A model generated the notes under the pieces. It was not told the origin of the DNA. It did no database searches and was given only the letters and a program-made list of their open reading frames with translations. From NCBI GenBank assembly GCA_965209055.1, contig OZ242374.1, positions 3,680,001-3,744,000 of the forward strand: a stretch of DNA of 64,000 nucleotides, in the 5' to 3' direction. Both the position numbers and the translations under genes were made by a program. This document shows, piece after piece, positions 18,981-27,850 of this stretch (positions are counted from its first letter, which is position 1; each line of letters opens with the position of its first letter). Source of the stretch: Acidobacteriota bacterium. GTDB taxonomy: Bacteria; Acidobacteriota; UBA6911; RPQK01; JAJDTT01.

Positions 18981-20036
18981 TCAGTTTTTTGGCCCTTCCA
19001 CGTTCGTGCGATTCGCCGAGACGGCGCGTACGTACTCAAGCACTTCTGGTCGAATCTCGTCCCACTCTTCCAGGGTCTTGAAGGAGAGAGCATAGCCACC
19101 GTGTGTCCATTCTTCGAGATTGACGGAACCACTGAGCCTGGCAAATGCACCGTCACCGCCCCATGTAATCGCCTGCGGCAATACGCTGACGCTGCACACT
19201 TCCGTTCCCAGATATCCGGCTTGCACGCCAAAGTAGGTTCTCGTGACGTTGGAATCCCCAGGCTCGCTGAGCACAAATCCGACGCTCGTGCTCCCTACCT
19301 GCTCCCAAACGCCCTGCTCTGGCAGATGTCGGCGAAGGTCGGCATGGACTCGGTCAAAGAGTTCCTTGTATCCATTGTCAACCAGGTATTTTTCCAGAGC
19401 CCGACGCTTTTCGGCGGTGGTTGCGGAAGGACGCTTTCGGATGATTTCTGTTCGTCCTGACTCCACCTCCAGTTGTCGAGCTAGGAGTCGCTCCCCTTCA
19501 CGTTGAAACCCGTGGAATGTCACCACGGAAATATCCACTGGCCCAGCAGAAATGAATCGTGCCATCCGTTCGGCTACAGCGTCCACACCCAATCCGACGA
19601 GTACCATGCGGGGCGGCAGGAGGCGTGACAGGTCGTCCCCGCCGAAGTTGTCGGCGTACCATTGCTCGAAGTCATCGATCTGTTCGATACCGTCGTTCCC
19701 GCTACGTTCGGAAATGTGCTTCGCGAGGTCGCCGGTACTCATGGCGTCCAAGTCCGAAGCGTAGTCCAAGACTTGGGTCACAGCCTCGCGGGCAAGCATC
19801 CCTCGCTTCAACTCGTAGACGACCAGACGGCCGTCCGCGTCAACGGCGAGCAGATCCAGCCAACCGGTTTGGGTGGGCGTCTGTCGTCCCACGAGACGGA
19901 GGCCCGGTTCGAGCATTTCCGGGTTGCGAACCAAAAGCTCCTCCAAGCCCAACTCGGTTTGCATCTGCTTGAGCGGTGACAGGGGCGCCACCGTCCCCGA
20001 CCCGTCGACCGCCCAGATACACAGTTCCTCAGTCAT
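18981..20036 (-). CDS. NucS/DUF91-like PD-(D/E)XK endonuclease
   Basis: ELGLEELLVRNPEMLEPGLRLVGRQ; LDLLAVDADGRLVVYELKRG; QVLDYA. Confidence 0.8.
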   Translation of the reverse strand: MTEELCIWAVDGSGTVAPLSPLKQMQTELGLEELLVRNPEMLEPGLRLVGRQTPTQTGWLDLLAVDADGRLVVYELKRGMLAREAVTQVLDYASDLDAMSTGDLAKHISERSGNDGIEQIDDFEQWYADNFGGDDLSRLLPPRMVLVGLGVDAVAERMARFISAGPVDISVVTFHGFQREGERLLARQLEVESGRTEIIRKRPSATTAEKRRALEKYLVDNGYKELFDRVHADLRRHLPEQGVWEQVGSTSVGFVLSEPGDSNVTRTYFGVQAGYLGTEVCSVSVLPQAITWGGDGAFARLSGSVNLEEWTHGGYALSFKTLEEWDEIRPEVLEYVRAVSANRTNVEGPKN

Positions 20037-20324
20037 TTCTGCGTCCGATATCTCAATCGGCTCATCAAGCTACACGATTGTCGCCGTCCGATTCAAACGC
20101 GCCGTTCCAACGGGGGATACGGCCCTGCTCAACCCCTACGGAGGGGTGACGGCAGCACTGAAGCGGGCGGTCGAGTTGCAACCAGCGGCGGAAAGTCGCT
20201 CCTTCCAGGTCGTGATTGACGGTGAACGCACTCGGCAATCGCAAGGGCCTTTGGAGGCTCGTTTCGGCTGTGCCTCAAGGGGGTCTCGCGCCCGATCCGG
20301 GATGTGAATGGGACAAGGGGGGTG

Positions 20325-20541
20325 GATTCACAAAAAGCGGTCCCGGTGATTCACAAACGCGCTGTCCCCGATCTTTTTTCCTTTCAGTCAGTTACGGCCC
20401 CATTTCTGGCCACCGGGTGGCCGCACGGGGAAAATGGAGGTGGACGGGAGCGACCCCCCCTTTTTCCTGCCCGGTGCGGGCGCGGGGGTGTTGCGCAATT
20501 CACATTTGCGCAGCACCCCCTGGGGGGGTCGCTCCCGTCCA
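20325..20541. other. Structured non-coding region, candidate oriV/oriT remnant
   Basis: GATTCACAAA at 20325 and 20348; perfect 20-bp inverted repeat 20441-20460/20522-20541 enclosing an internal hairpin. Confidence 0.5.
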
Positions 20542-21145
20542 AATTATCCCTGGCGGGAAGGCAGTAAGATGATCCCATGAAGCCATGAAGTGGCGTTATG
20601 CAGGTATCATTCCGGCGGATTAGGCGGACATTGTCTGGCGAGCCGAATACGATCCCATATTCCGGCCTGGAGACCATCCGGTGCTGGACCTGATCGCCGT
20701 TCACGATCGTGCCGGGTATACGGTGACCCGGATTTGGCACTCTATGGCTCCCGATATCGCCGTCCTGCTCGGTGGGCAAAATTGCTTGTCCGTCTGACGC
20801 GTCTATGTCCAAATGAACCGCAGGTCGATAGATCGAAGGATCCTGCTTACGTGGCCGACCCGGTTCCGTTAGATCGTCGTCGGCGAAGCGCACCATCCGG
20901 CGAAGCCGTAGGAAGTCTCTCAACTCTCTTGGTTTTTCATTCCCGAGTGGTGCCTCTATACTGAATGCTGATCTTTCAGGACTGGGGGTTCTGGCAAGAC
21001 ATCGTGCATCGGAGTACGATCCGCTCGCATAGCCGGATGTGTTTGTCAAAAAGGAGTTGCAGACCAACCGAGGCAGCCTGCACACTTCTGCACCGCACTC
21101 CGCATCCCGGTCAGCGCCTCAGAAAACCATTGCCCGCATATCCAC

Positions 21146-23431
21146 ATGGCCATCACAGTCTTTAACGACAGCTCGTACAGCCTGTCTGCCTTGGTCGAGG
21201 CGATCGGTAGGGGCGAGATTGCTCTGCCCGACATCCAGCGACCCTTCCGCTGGAAGGCGACCAAGGTCCGAGACCTCTTCGACTCGATGTACCGTGGCTT
21301 CCCCGTTGGCCACCTGATCTTCTGGGCAACCGGTGCCGAGATGGGTGCCCGCCGAATCGGCACGCATGCCCACGAGGCCGCGCCGCGCCTCATGATCGTG
21401 GATGGCCAGCAGCGGCTCACCAGCCTCTACGCCGTGCTCACGGGGAGCGAAGTGCTCCGTGAGGATTACACTGCTTCGCGGATTCGTATCGCGTTTCGCC
21501 CCCGAGACGGCAGCTTCGAGGTAGCCGATGCCGCAGTGGTAAGGAACCCGGAGTTCATCGCCGACATCTCGATTCTATGGGCTGGCGGCAGTTTGCTAAA
21601 GAAGGTGCGGGAGTTCCTCATGCGCCTGGAAGAAAGCAAGGGTGATCTTGGCGAGGACCGGCGCGTCCGCATTGAATCGGCCATTGAAAGACTCTACAAC
21701 CTCCGAAACTATCCTTTTAAGGCCATGGAGGTGGCTTCAACGGCAGGTGAGGAACAGGTCGCGGACATCTTCGTGCGCATCAATAGCAAGGGGGATAGAC
21801 TCGGCCAAGCCGACTTCATTCTCACACTGATGTCCGTCTGGTGGGAGGAGGGCCGCAAGCAACTGGAGAAATTCGCCCGGAACGCTAGGCTCCGGCCTCC
21901 TGGGCCGTCTCCCGCAAATCCGTTCATCGACCCGTCCGCGGACCAGATGCTACGCGTGGTTTCGGGACTTGCCCTCCGGCGCGCCCGCCTTCGATACGTC
22001 TATCAGGTGCTTCGGGGCAAAGACCTTGAGACCGGCGAGATTTCGGCTCAGATCCGGGAGAAGCAGTTCGCCACATTGCGGGAGGCTCAGGCGGAGACCC
22101 TTTCGCTGACTAATTGGCACGAGTTTCTTAAGGCAGTCCGTCGGGCCGGCTACCGAAGCCGAGCCATGATCAGTTCGGAGAACAATCTGATGTTCTCCTA
22201 CCTGATGTACCTGATTGGCCATCGAGACTACCGGATCAACCGCAGGACCCTTCGCGAAGCCATCGCTCAATGGTTCTTCATGACCTCACTTACTGGCCGA
22301 TACACGGGCAACTTCGAGAGCCGAGTTGAGCAGGATCTCCGCCGTGTCGCCGAGGCGAGGTCCGGTGATGAGTTTGTGGCAATGCTGAACGGGATCATCG
22401 ACACGACGCTCACCATGGACTATTGGACGATCCAACTCCCCAGTTCGCTTGAGACTTCCTCAGCCTTCGGTCCGACGGTGTTCGGATACCACGCAAGCCT
22501 TGTTCTCCTCAATGCGCAGCCGCTGTTTTCCCCGCTGCAATTGAGTGAGCTTTTGGATCCATCGACGCACGCTCCTCGCTCGGCCGTCGAGCGTCACCAT
22601 CTTTTTCCCAAAGCGTACCTGACACGGATTGGCATCGATCGCACAGTACAGCGAAATCAGATCGCCAACTACGCCTTCGTCGAATGGCCCGACAACGCGG
22701 AGATCGGCGACTCACGGCCAAGTGAGTATTTCCCTCCCCTCTTCGCCAAGCTTACGGCGCGGCAGCGAGAACGAGCACGGTTCTGGCATGCGCTGCCGGA
22801 GGGTTGGGAACAGATGGATTATCGGGAGTTCCTTCAGCAACGGCGGGTGCTCATCGCTGATGTCGTGCGAGCGGCATTCAACAGGCTCCGGACCGGCGAG
22901 CCTCCCGAGGAGGAGGAACCGCTGCCGCTGCCGCCTGGTGGCCACGCATGGTCCATTGACGATCTCCTCGCCGAAATGGAAACCGAGCGGGTCGAGTTCA
23001 AGTCGTCTGCCTACTACAGCTACAAGCCGAACGTACCGGAGAGAGTAATCACGGAGTCCGTGCTCAAGACCATCGCGGGCTTCCTGAACGCCGGAGGTGG
23101 CATTCTCGCGGTCGGCATTGCGGATGACGGCGAGATCCTCGGCATCCAACCGGACCTGGACATGAAGAACATGGACGGGGACCGGTATGTGAACTCACTC
23201 ACAAACCTGATCGAGCGCTCGCTCGGACCACTTGCTTCCACGATGGCGAAGATTCAGTTGCAGGCTGTCGATGGCGTGCAAGTCGCCATGGTACACGTGA
23301 CCCCATCTCCTGAGCCGATCTATGCCAAGGTCTCCAAACGTGACCGGGCCTTCTTCGTTCGGGTGAACAACTCGACCCGGATCCTTGAAGGGGCCGATCT
23401 TGTCGGATATGTCAGACAACGCTGGGCCTAG
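21146..23431 (+). CDS. DUF262 (GmrS-like) + HNH-like + C-terminal AlbA_2/Schlafen domain fusion
   Basis: LPDIQRPFRW, DGQQRLT, FVRINSKG; ERHHLFPK...NQIAN; VEFKSS...KTIAGFLNAGGGILAVGIADDG...FFVR. Confidence 0.85.
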   Translation: MAITVFNDSSYSLSALVEAIGRGEIALPDIQRPFRWKATKVRDLFDSMYRGFPVGHLIFWATGAEMGARRIGTHAHEAAPRLMIVDGQQRLTSLYAVLTGSEVLREDYTASRIRIAFRPRDGSFEVADAAVVRNPEFIADISILWAGGSLLKKVREFLMRLEESKGDLGEDRRVRIESAIERLYNLRNYPFKAMEVASTAGEEQVADIFVRINSKGDRLGQADFILTLMSVWWEEGRKQLEKFARNARLRPPGPSPANPFIDPSADQMLRVVSGLALRRARLRYVYQVLRGKDLETGEISAQIREKQFATLREAQAETLSLTNWHEFLKAVRRAGYRSRAMISSENNLMFSYLMYLIGHRDYRINRRTLREAIAQWFFMTSLTGRYTGNFESRVEQDLRRVAEARSGDEFVAMLNGIIDTTLTMDYWTIQLPSSLETSSAFGPTVFGYHASLVLLNAQPLFSPLQLSELLDPSTHAPRSAVERHHLFPKAYLTRIGIDRTVQRNQIANYAFVEWPDNAEIGDSRPSEYFPPLFAKLTARQRERARFWHALPEGWEQMDYREFLQQRRVLIADVVRAAFNRLRTGEPPEEEEPLPLPPGGHAWSIDDLLAEMETERVEFKSSAYYSYKPNVPERVITESVLKTIAGFLNAGGGILAVGIADDGEILGIQPDLDMKNMDGDRYVNSLTNLIERSLGPLASTMAKIQLQAVDGVQVAMVHVTPSPEPIYAKVSKRDRAFFVRVNNSTRILEGADLVGYVRQRWA

Positions 23432-23439
23432 GCACTTAG

Positions 23440-24628
23440 GGAAGGTCTGAACAAGTCGATTCAAGGGACGTGAGAGCCGTTATTGTTTCGGCTTTGCGGT
23501 GTCCAAACCTTCATTATGAGGAGTACCACCCTGGCAAGGCTCTGGGTGCCCCCATTCTCAGACTGATTCCCCGAATCTCGACGCACCTCTCCCGCGCCCG
23601 GATCAGGCGTTCACGCCAGAGCGCTCGGCGATCATCAGATTGGCGAACCCCACCAGCAAATAGATCCGTTGGGTGTTTTTCGCCAGCCCCCGGTAGCGCA
23701 CCTTCGCGTAGCCGAAATGCCGTTTCAGGTACCCGAATACATGTTCTGCCTTGGCCCGAACCGACGCTTTGCGCCGCTCGGCCAACGCCGCCTCACTCTC
23801 CGGTGGCAGCCGCCAACGCTTCCCCGGCTTCATCATCACCTGCCAATCCACCGGCCGATCTCGATTCTCCGACCGCTTTCCCACTCCCTGGTATCCCGAA
23901 TCCCCCCAAACTTGAGACTCCGAGCCGTGCAGCAACTCACCGGCTCGCGTCACGTCATGCTCGTTAGCCGGCGCCGTCACCACCGTGTGCGCCACCCCCG
24001 TCTGGGCGTCCACCCCCAGGTGGGCCTTCATTCCGAAATACCACTGTTTTCCCTTCTTCGTCTGATGCATCTCCGGGTCCCGCGCCCCCTCCCTGTTCTT
24101 GGTCGAGGAAGGCGCCGCCAGGATACTCGCGTCCACGATCGTCCCCCGGCTCAGCCGCAGGCCTTGCCGCTGCAGGTGAGAACCGATCTCCTCGAACAGC
24201 GCCTCCCCCAGACCATGCTCCTCCAGCCGATGACGGAATTTCAGAATCGTCGTCTCGTCCGGCAGCGGCCCCGTGAGCTTCAGGCCCACGAACCGCCGCA
24301 CCGACTCCACCTCATAGAGCAGATCCTCCATCCCCGGATCGCTCAGGTTGTAAAACAGCTGCACGCAGTGGATCCGAAGCATCGTCGAGAGCGGGTAGGG
24401 ACGCCGTCCCCGTCCCGCTTTCGGGTAAACGGGCCGAATCCGGGCTTCCAACTGCTCCCATGGAATCAACCGGTCCATCCGGGCCAGAAATCTCTCCCGA
24501 CGGGTCACCCGCTTCTTGCCGTCGTATTCCAGATCTGCGAACGTTCGTTGCGACATCATCTATCCTCCATGCAGTGATGATGGAAGAATTATCGTGCAGA
24601 ACGCTGACTCGACTTAATCAGACCTTCC
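23440..24628 (-). mobile_element. IS5-family element (IS5 subgroup), copy 1
   Basis: TIRs GGAAGGTCTGAACAAGTCGA / GGAAGGTCTGATTAAGTCGA; TTAG duplication at 23436-39 and 24629-32. Confidence 0.95.
23603..24559 (-). CDS. IS5 DDE transposase
   Basis: GRRPYPL; PDETTILKFR; IVDAS; DPEMHQTKKG; WGDSGY; VRYRGLAKN. Confidence 0.95.
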   Translation of the reverse strand: MMSQRTFADLEYDGKKRVTRRERFLARMDRLIPWEQLEARIRPVYPKAGRGRRPYPLSTMLRIHCVQLFYNLSDPGMEDLLYEVESVRRFVGLKLTGPLPDETTILKFRHRLEEHGLGEALFEEIGSHLQRQGLRLSRGTIVDASILAAPSSTKNREGARDPEMHQTKKGKQWYFGMKAHLGVDAQTGVAHTVVTAPANEHDVTRAGELLHGSESQVWGDSGYQGVGKRSENRDRPVDWQVMMKPGKRWRLPPESEAALAERRKASVRAKAEHVFGYLKRHFGYAKVRYRGLAKNTQRIYLLVGFANLMIAERSGVNA

Positions 24629-24725
24629 TTAGTCCCATCGAGTGCCAGACCGTGCATGCCCTAGAACTCATGGATCGCGACGCTGCTTGGTCCGGCCGGG
24701 ATTTACTTTCTTGGTTGCCGAAGAC

Positions 24726-25121
24726 GCATGCCACAAGCAACAGGGGAAGATTTCCGTACGGGAAACGGTTGCCGCCACCCGCGATCACATAGTGCGTGAA
24801 TGGCCCATTGACCCGCTTGTACTCCTTCCGTCGGCGTGGGTTGGTGCGCGGTAGAGTAGACAGCGCCCGTAGCCGGGCCACCCAACCGAGGTCCAGTTCC
24901 GCCTTGCGGCCCGTGACCAAATGATCGATCTGGCGAGCGGAGGTCCAATGGCGGAAGGACTGCGGCGGTAGTAACTGCCAGGCGTTCCACCCGAACGCGG
25001 CCTTCATCTTCCCGTACTCGATCTTCTGCTTCTTGGAAGGGTTAATGTTGTCAGTTTCCCATGAGGGACTAGCACCCACAGCGGGGAGCGCTGAGCGCTT
25101 GGGAGTCCTCCCGTGGGACAA
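24726..25121 (-). pseudogene. Truncated plasmid replication initiator (RepA_C, IncW/pBBR1-like)
   Basis: GWVARL...LPRTNP...YKRVNGPF...AGGGNRFPYGNLPLLL; similarity stops abruptly. Confidence 0.6.
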
Positions 25122-25210
25122 CGGGACCGCAGCATGACGGGGACAAACATCTGGAGGCGTATACTTGCCTTCGCCTACGGGATTTCAGACGCTCTCAAGC
25201 AGCCTCTCTA

Positions 25211-26128
25211 CTAGTCTGAATGGTGCCCGCGCCAGACCAACTGCTTGTCGGTCGTCGCATCGATGCAATTTTTCAAACGTGGCGGCTTGTCTGGAGATGC
25301 AAACGCCCCATCAAGTTGCTTTTGGGTTAAGTTGGTCGCGGGAGGCCTACTACGGGGATCCGCTTCGTCGAGCTCGGCGAATCGGGTGCCAGACAGATTG
25401 GTCCCATCAAGATTGGCGTTCTCAAGGTTAGAGCCTGACAGGTCCGCGTCTACGAGAGACGCACCGGACAGGATCGCGTTAGATAGGTCGGTTTTCATGA
25501 GGAACGCCCCATCAAGGTTTATCTTTGCAAGAGATCCATAACGAAGGTGGACGCCGCGTAGGTCCAGTCTGAAATTGGCGTCCCGTTCAAGCTCGATACG
25601 TTTCTCTGAGCGTCTGCGGAGCAAGTCCATGACGGCCTGCACGTCTTCGCGCACCCATTGCCGATGATCATGTTCTTCCCCTCTTTCCGCAGCAATCTCT
25701 TTGGCAGCTTCCTCAGAGCCGCTAGCAAATTGAGCGTCATCCGTTAGGATGCCGCCGTTTGTCAGAGCAATGTTCTCAACGGATTTCCCGACCGGATGAC
25801 GAGCGAACGCGCAGAATAGGCGCATGACCTCGATGTGGTATTGCTCTGGGTGTTCCCCGGAGAGGCGTTCGAGAGCATACAAGCCGCCGAGCCGGACCGG
25901 GAGTTTCTCACTGCCCAGCATTTCCGAGCATTTCTGATAGCGCTCGTTCAAAAGCCCACGCTGCGCTGTTTCGGCTTGGCGTTCAGCTATCCTGCTGCGC
26001 CATATGGCAAGGGGCAGAGCAATTCCCGCTGCGATAACCAGACCCAAATTGCGGATGATCGTACTATAGGATTCCCAGTTACTCAGCGAATCCGTAAGCT
26101 CGTCGCACATGCTTCTTTCTGCCCCCAA
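25211..26128 (-). CDS. Membrane-anchored pentapeptide-repeat protein
   Basis: Single TM segment; ERYQK...VRLGGLYALERL; A(D/N)Lxx repeats. Confidence 0.85.
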   Translation of the reverse strand: MGAERSMCDELTDSLSNWESYSTIIRNLGLVIAAGIALPLAIWRSRIAERQAETAQRGLLNERYQKCSEMLGSEKLPVRLGGLYALERLSGEHPEQYHIEVMRLFCAFARHPVGKSVENIALTNGGILTDDAQFASGSEEAAKEIAAERGEEHDHRQWVREDVQAVMDLLRRRSEKRIELERDANFRLDLRGVHLRYGSLAKINLDGAFLMKTDLSNAILSGASLVDADLSGSNLENANLDGTNLSGTRFAELDEADPRSRPPATNLTQKQLDGAFASPDKPPRLKNCIDATTDKQLVWRGHHSD

Positions 26129-26148
26129 GCCAAGGATACAAAAGTGGC

Positions 26149-27777
26149 TCAGTCAGGCTTCATCGGCAGGTGATTCTGCTTCTTCGATGAAGTGGGTCTT
26201 ACTCGCTTTGCTCGCTTGAATGTCACGTCGGCGGCTTGGGGGTAATCCACGCTCATTCCGCCCAAGAGATCCTCAATCGTGAGTAGTTGAATGCGAGGGT
26301 GATTCCCCCATGGAGATTTGTAGAAACCTGCCGAGGCTGCTTCTCGACGCATCGGTGCGGTCGGAGGATTCAGGGACAGGAAGACTCCTATCTGGGCCTT
26401 CTCACGGTTCACAACACCCACGAGGTCACGGATCTGGGACACTGTGACGTGTCCGGCCTTCACCGAGAAGATGATCTGCTTCGTCTTCCCATTCCGGCCC
26501 TCGTCATGGAAATAGAGCCGACCATCAATACCCTGGTCGGCTCCTTTTTTCTGCTCAATGGGACGAGCACCGGCCAAGCCGAGAGCCCACCACTGAAACT
26601 GATAGGGGTCCTGCCCCGCTAGAGTGGCGGCATCTTGGAGACTGATCGGTTCACCGATGACGTCAAATCGACAGTTCTTGCCGAAGGAATCCTGGAGTCG
26701 ATGACGAATCAGAGAGATGGCTAGATGGGTGATGTCGATCCCGATCCAGCGTCTATCGAGTTTCTGAGCCGCCGCAATGGTCGTCCCGCAACCACAGAAG
26801 GGGTCGAGCACAATTTCGCCCTCGTCAGTACTCGAAAGAATAATTCGATCAAGCAACAATTGAGGCTTTTGCGTCGGGTAGCCCAGACGTTCGGCAGCGA
26901 GATTGTGCAATGGACGAATGTCCGTCCATACGTCTTGCAAGGGAACGCCTGGCGAGTCTTCCGGGTATTGCTTCAATCGAGGCATCCCGCCCTTCTTCTT
27001 TGGCCAGTGAACACGATCCTTTCGGTCAAGTTCATCTAGCGTAGACGGGGGTGATCTCCAATGCCGTCCCTTTGCCGTGACGTCAATCCCGCGCCATGGC
27101 AGACCTGTTTCGCCATATCGGATGCCTGCGCCGGTCATATCGGCCCGCTTCCACCGTCTGCCATCCGGGTCAGTCTGATCGAAGAATGTTTCTATGTAAT
27201 CAGTGTCGTATTCCTGAAAGACTCGATTCCACTTGTACTTGTTCGTTTTCCCATAGAATAAGATCACGTCATGCACAGGTCCGTATCGCTTCGCACTGCT
27301 GTGGGCGCTCGTGCGTTTCCACACAATTTCGCTCAAGAAACGTTCTGGTCCGAAGACGGCATCGAGCAAGAGTTTTAAAGAATGGCTCGCCGTTGGGTCG
27401 CAGTGCAGGTATAGACTCCCCGTCAGTTTCAGCACCCTTCGAAGTTCCAAGAGACGAGGTGCCATCATCGACAGGTAGGCCAACATGTCGTTGGTCCCCA
27501 TGAACTTCCTGAAGGCGATTAATGCCTCGGCTACTCTGCCGCCAGTTTCTACCGTCTCTTGATAGGCCCTGGCCGCAGTTTCGTCCCACTGCCACGTGTC
27601 CTCGAACGCCTTAATCTGGGAAGCCGACTGTGATCCGTCTTTCTCTTGAAACAGGACGTTGTAGGTCTGGTTGCTTTTGAAAGGAGGATCTAGGTAGACG
27701 AGGTCAACGCTTTTGTCCCGCAGGTAGCGCCGGAGAATATCCAAATTGTCGCCATAGTACAGAGTGTTGGATGCCAT
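26149..27777 (-). CDS. N6/N4 DNA methyltransferase with C-terminal Mrr-like nuclease domain
   Basis: YLDPPF; GYPTQKP; LDPFCGCGTT; C-terminal GADQGIDG...SVKAG. Confidence 0.9.
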   Translation of the reverse strand: MASNTLYYGDNLDILRRYLRDKSVDLVYLDPPFKSNQTYNVLFQEKDGSQSASQIKAFEDTWQWDETAARAYQETVETGGRVAEALIAFRKFMGTNDMLAYLSMMAPRLLELRRVLKLTGSLYLHCDPTASHSLKLLLDAVFGPERFLSEIVWKRTSAHSSAKRYGPVHDVILFYGKTNKYKWNRVFQEYDTDYIETFFDQTDPDGRRWKRADMTGAGIRYGETGLPWRGIDVTAKGRHWRSPPSTLDELDRKDRVHWPKKKGGMPRLKQYPEDSPGVPLQDVWTDIRPLHNLAAERLGYPTQKPQLLLDRIILSSTDEGEIVLDPFCGCGTTIAAAQKLDRRWIGIDITHLAISLIRHRLQDSFGKNCRFDVIGEPISLQDAATLAGQDPYQFQWWALGLAGARPIEQKKGADQGIDGRLYFHDEGRNGKTKQIIFSVKAGHVTVSQIRDLVGVVNREKAQIGVFLSLNPPTAPMRREAASAGFYKSPWGNHPRIQLLTIEDLLGGMSVDYPQAADVTFKRAKRVRPTSSKKQNHLPMKPD

Positions 27778-27850
27778 AGTTCACCAGTATCCCATGAGGG
27801 GCAGACACCCAGAGAAGGAGGGATGAGAGTTCCGCTGCCGACTGAAGCCT

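Noticed and set aside
20586-21085. Possible gene between the palindrome and DUF262
   Set aside because: The plausible plus frame has in-frame stops and no recognisable motif; at most an unidentifiable remnant.
24618-24725. IS5 as the cause of repA truncation
   Set aside because: The IS has an intact TTAG duplication, and RepA similarity ends about 100 bp before it.
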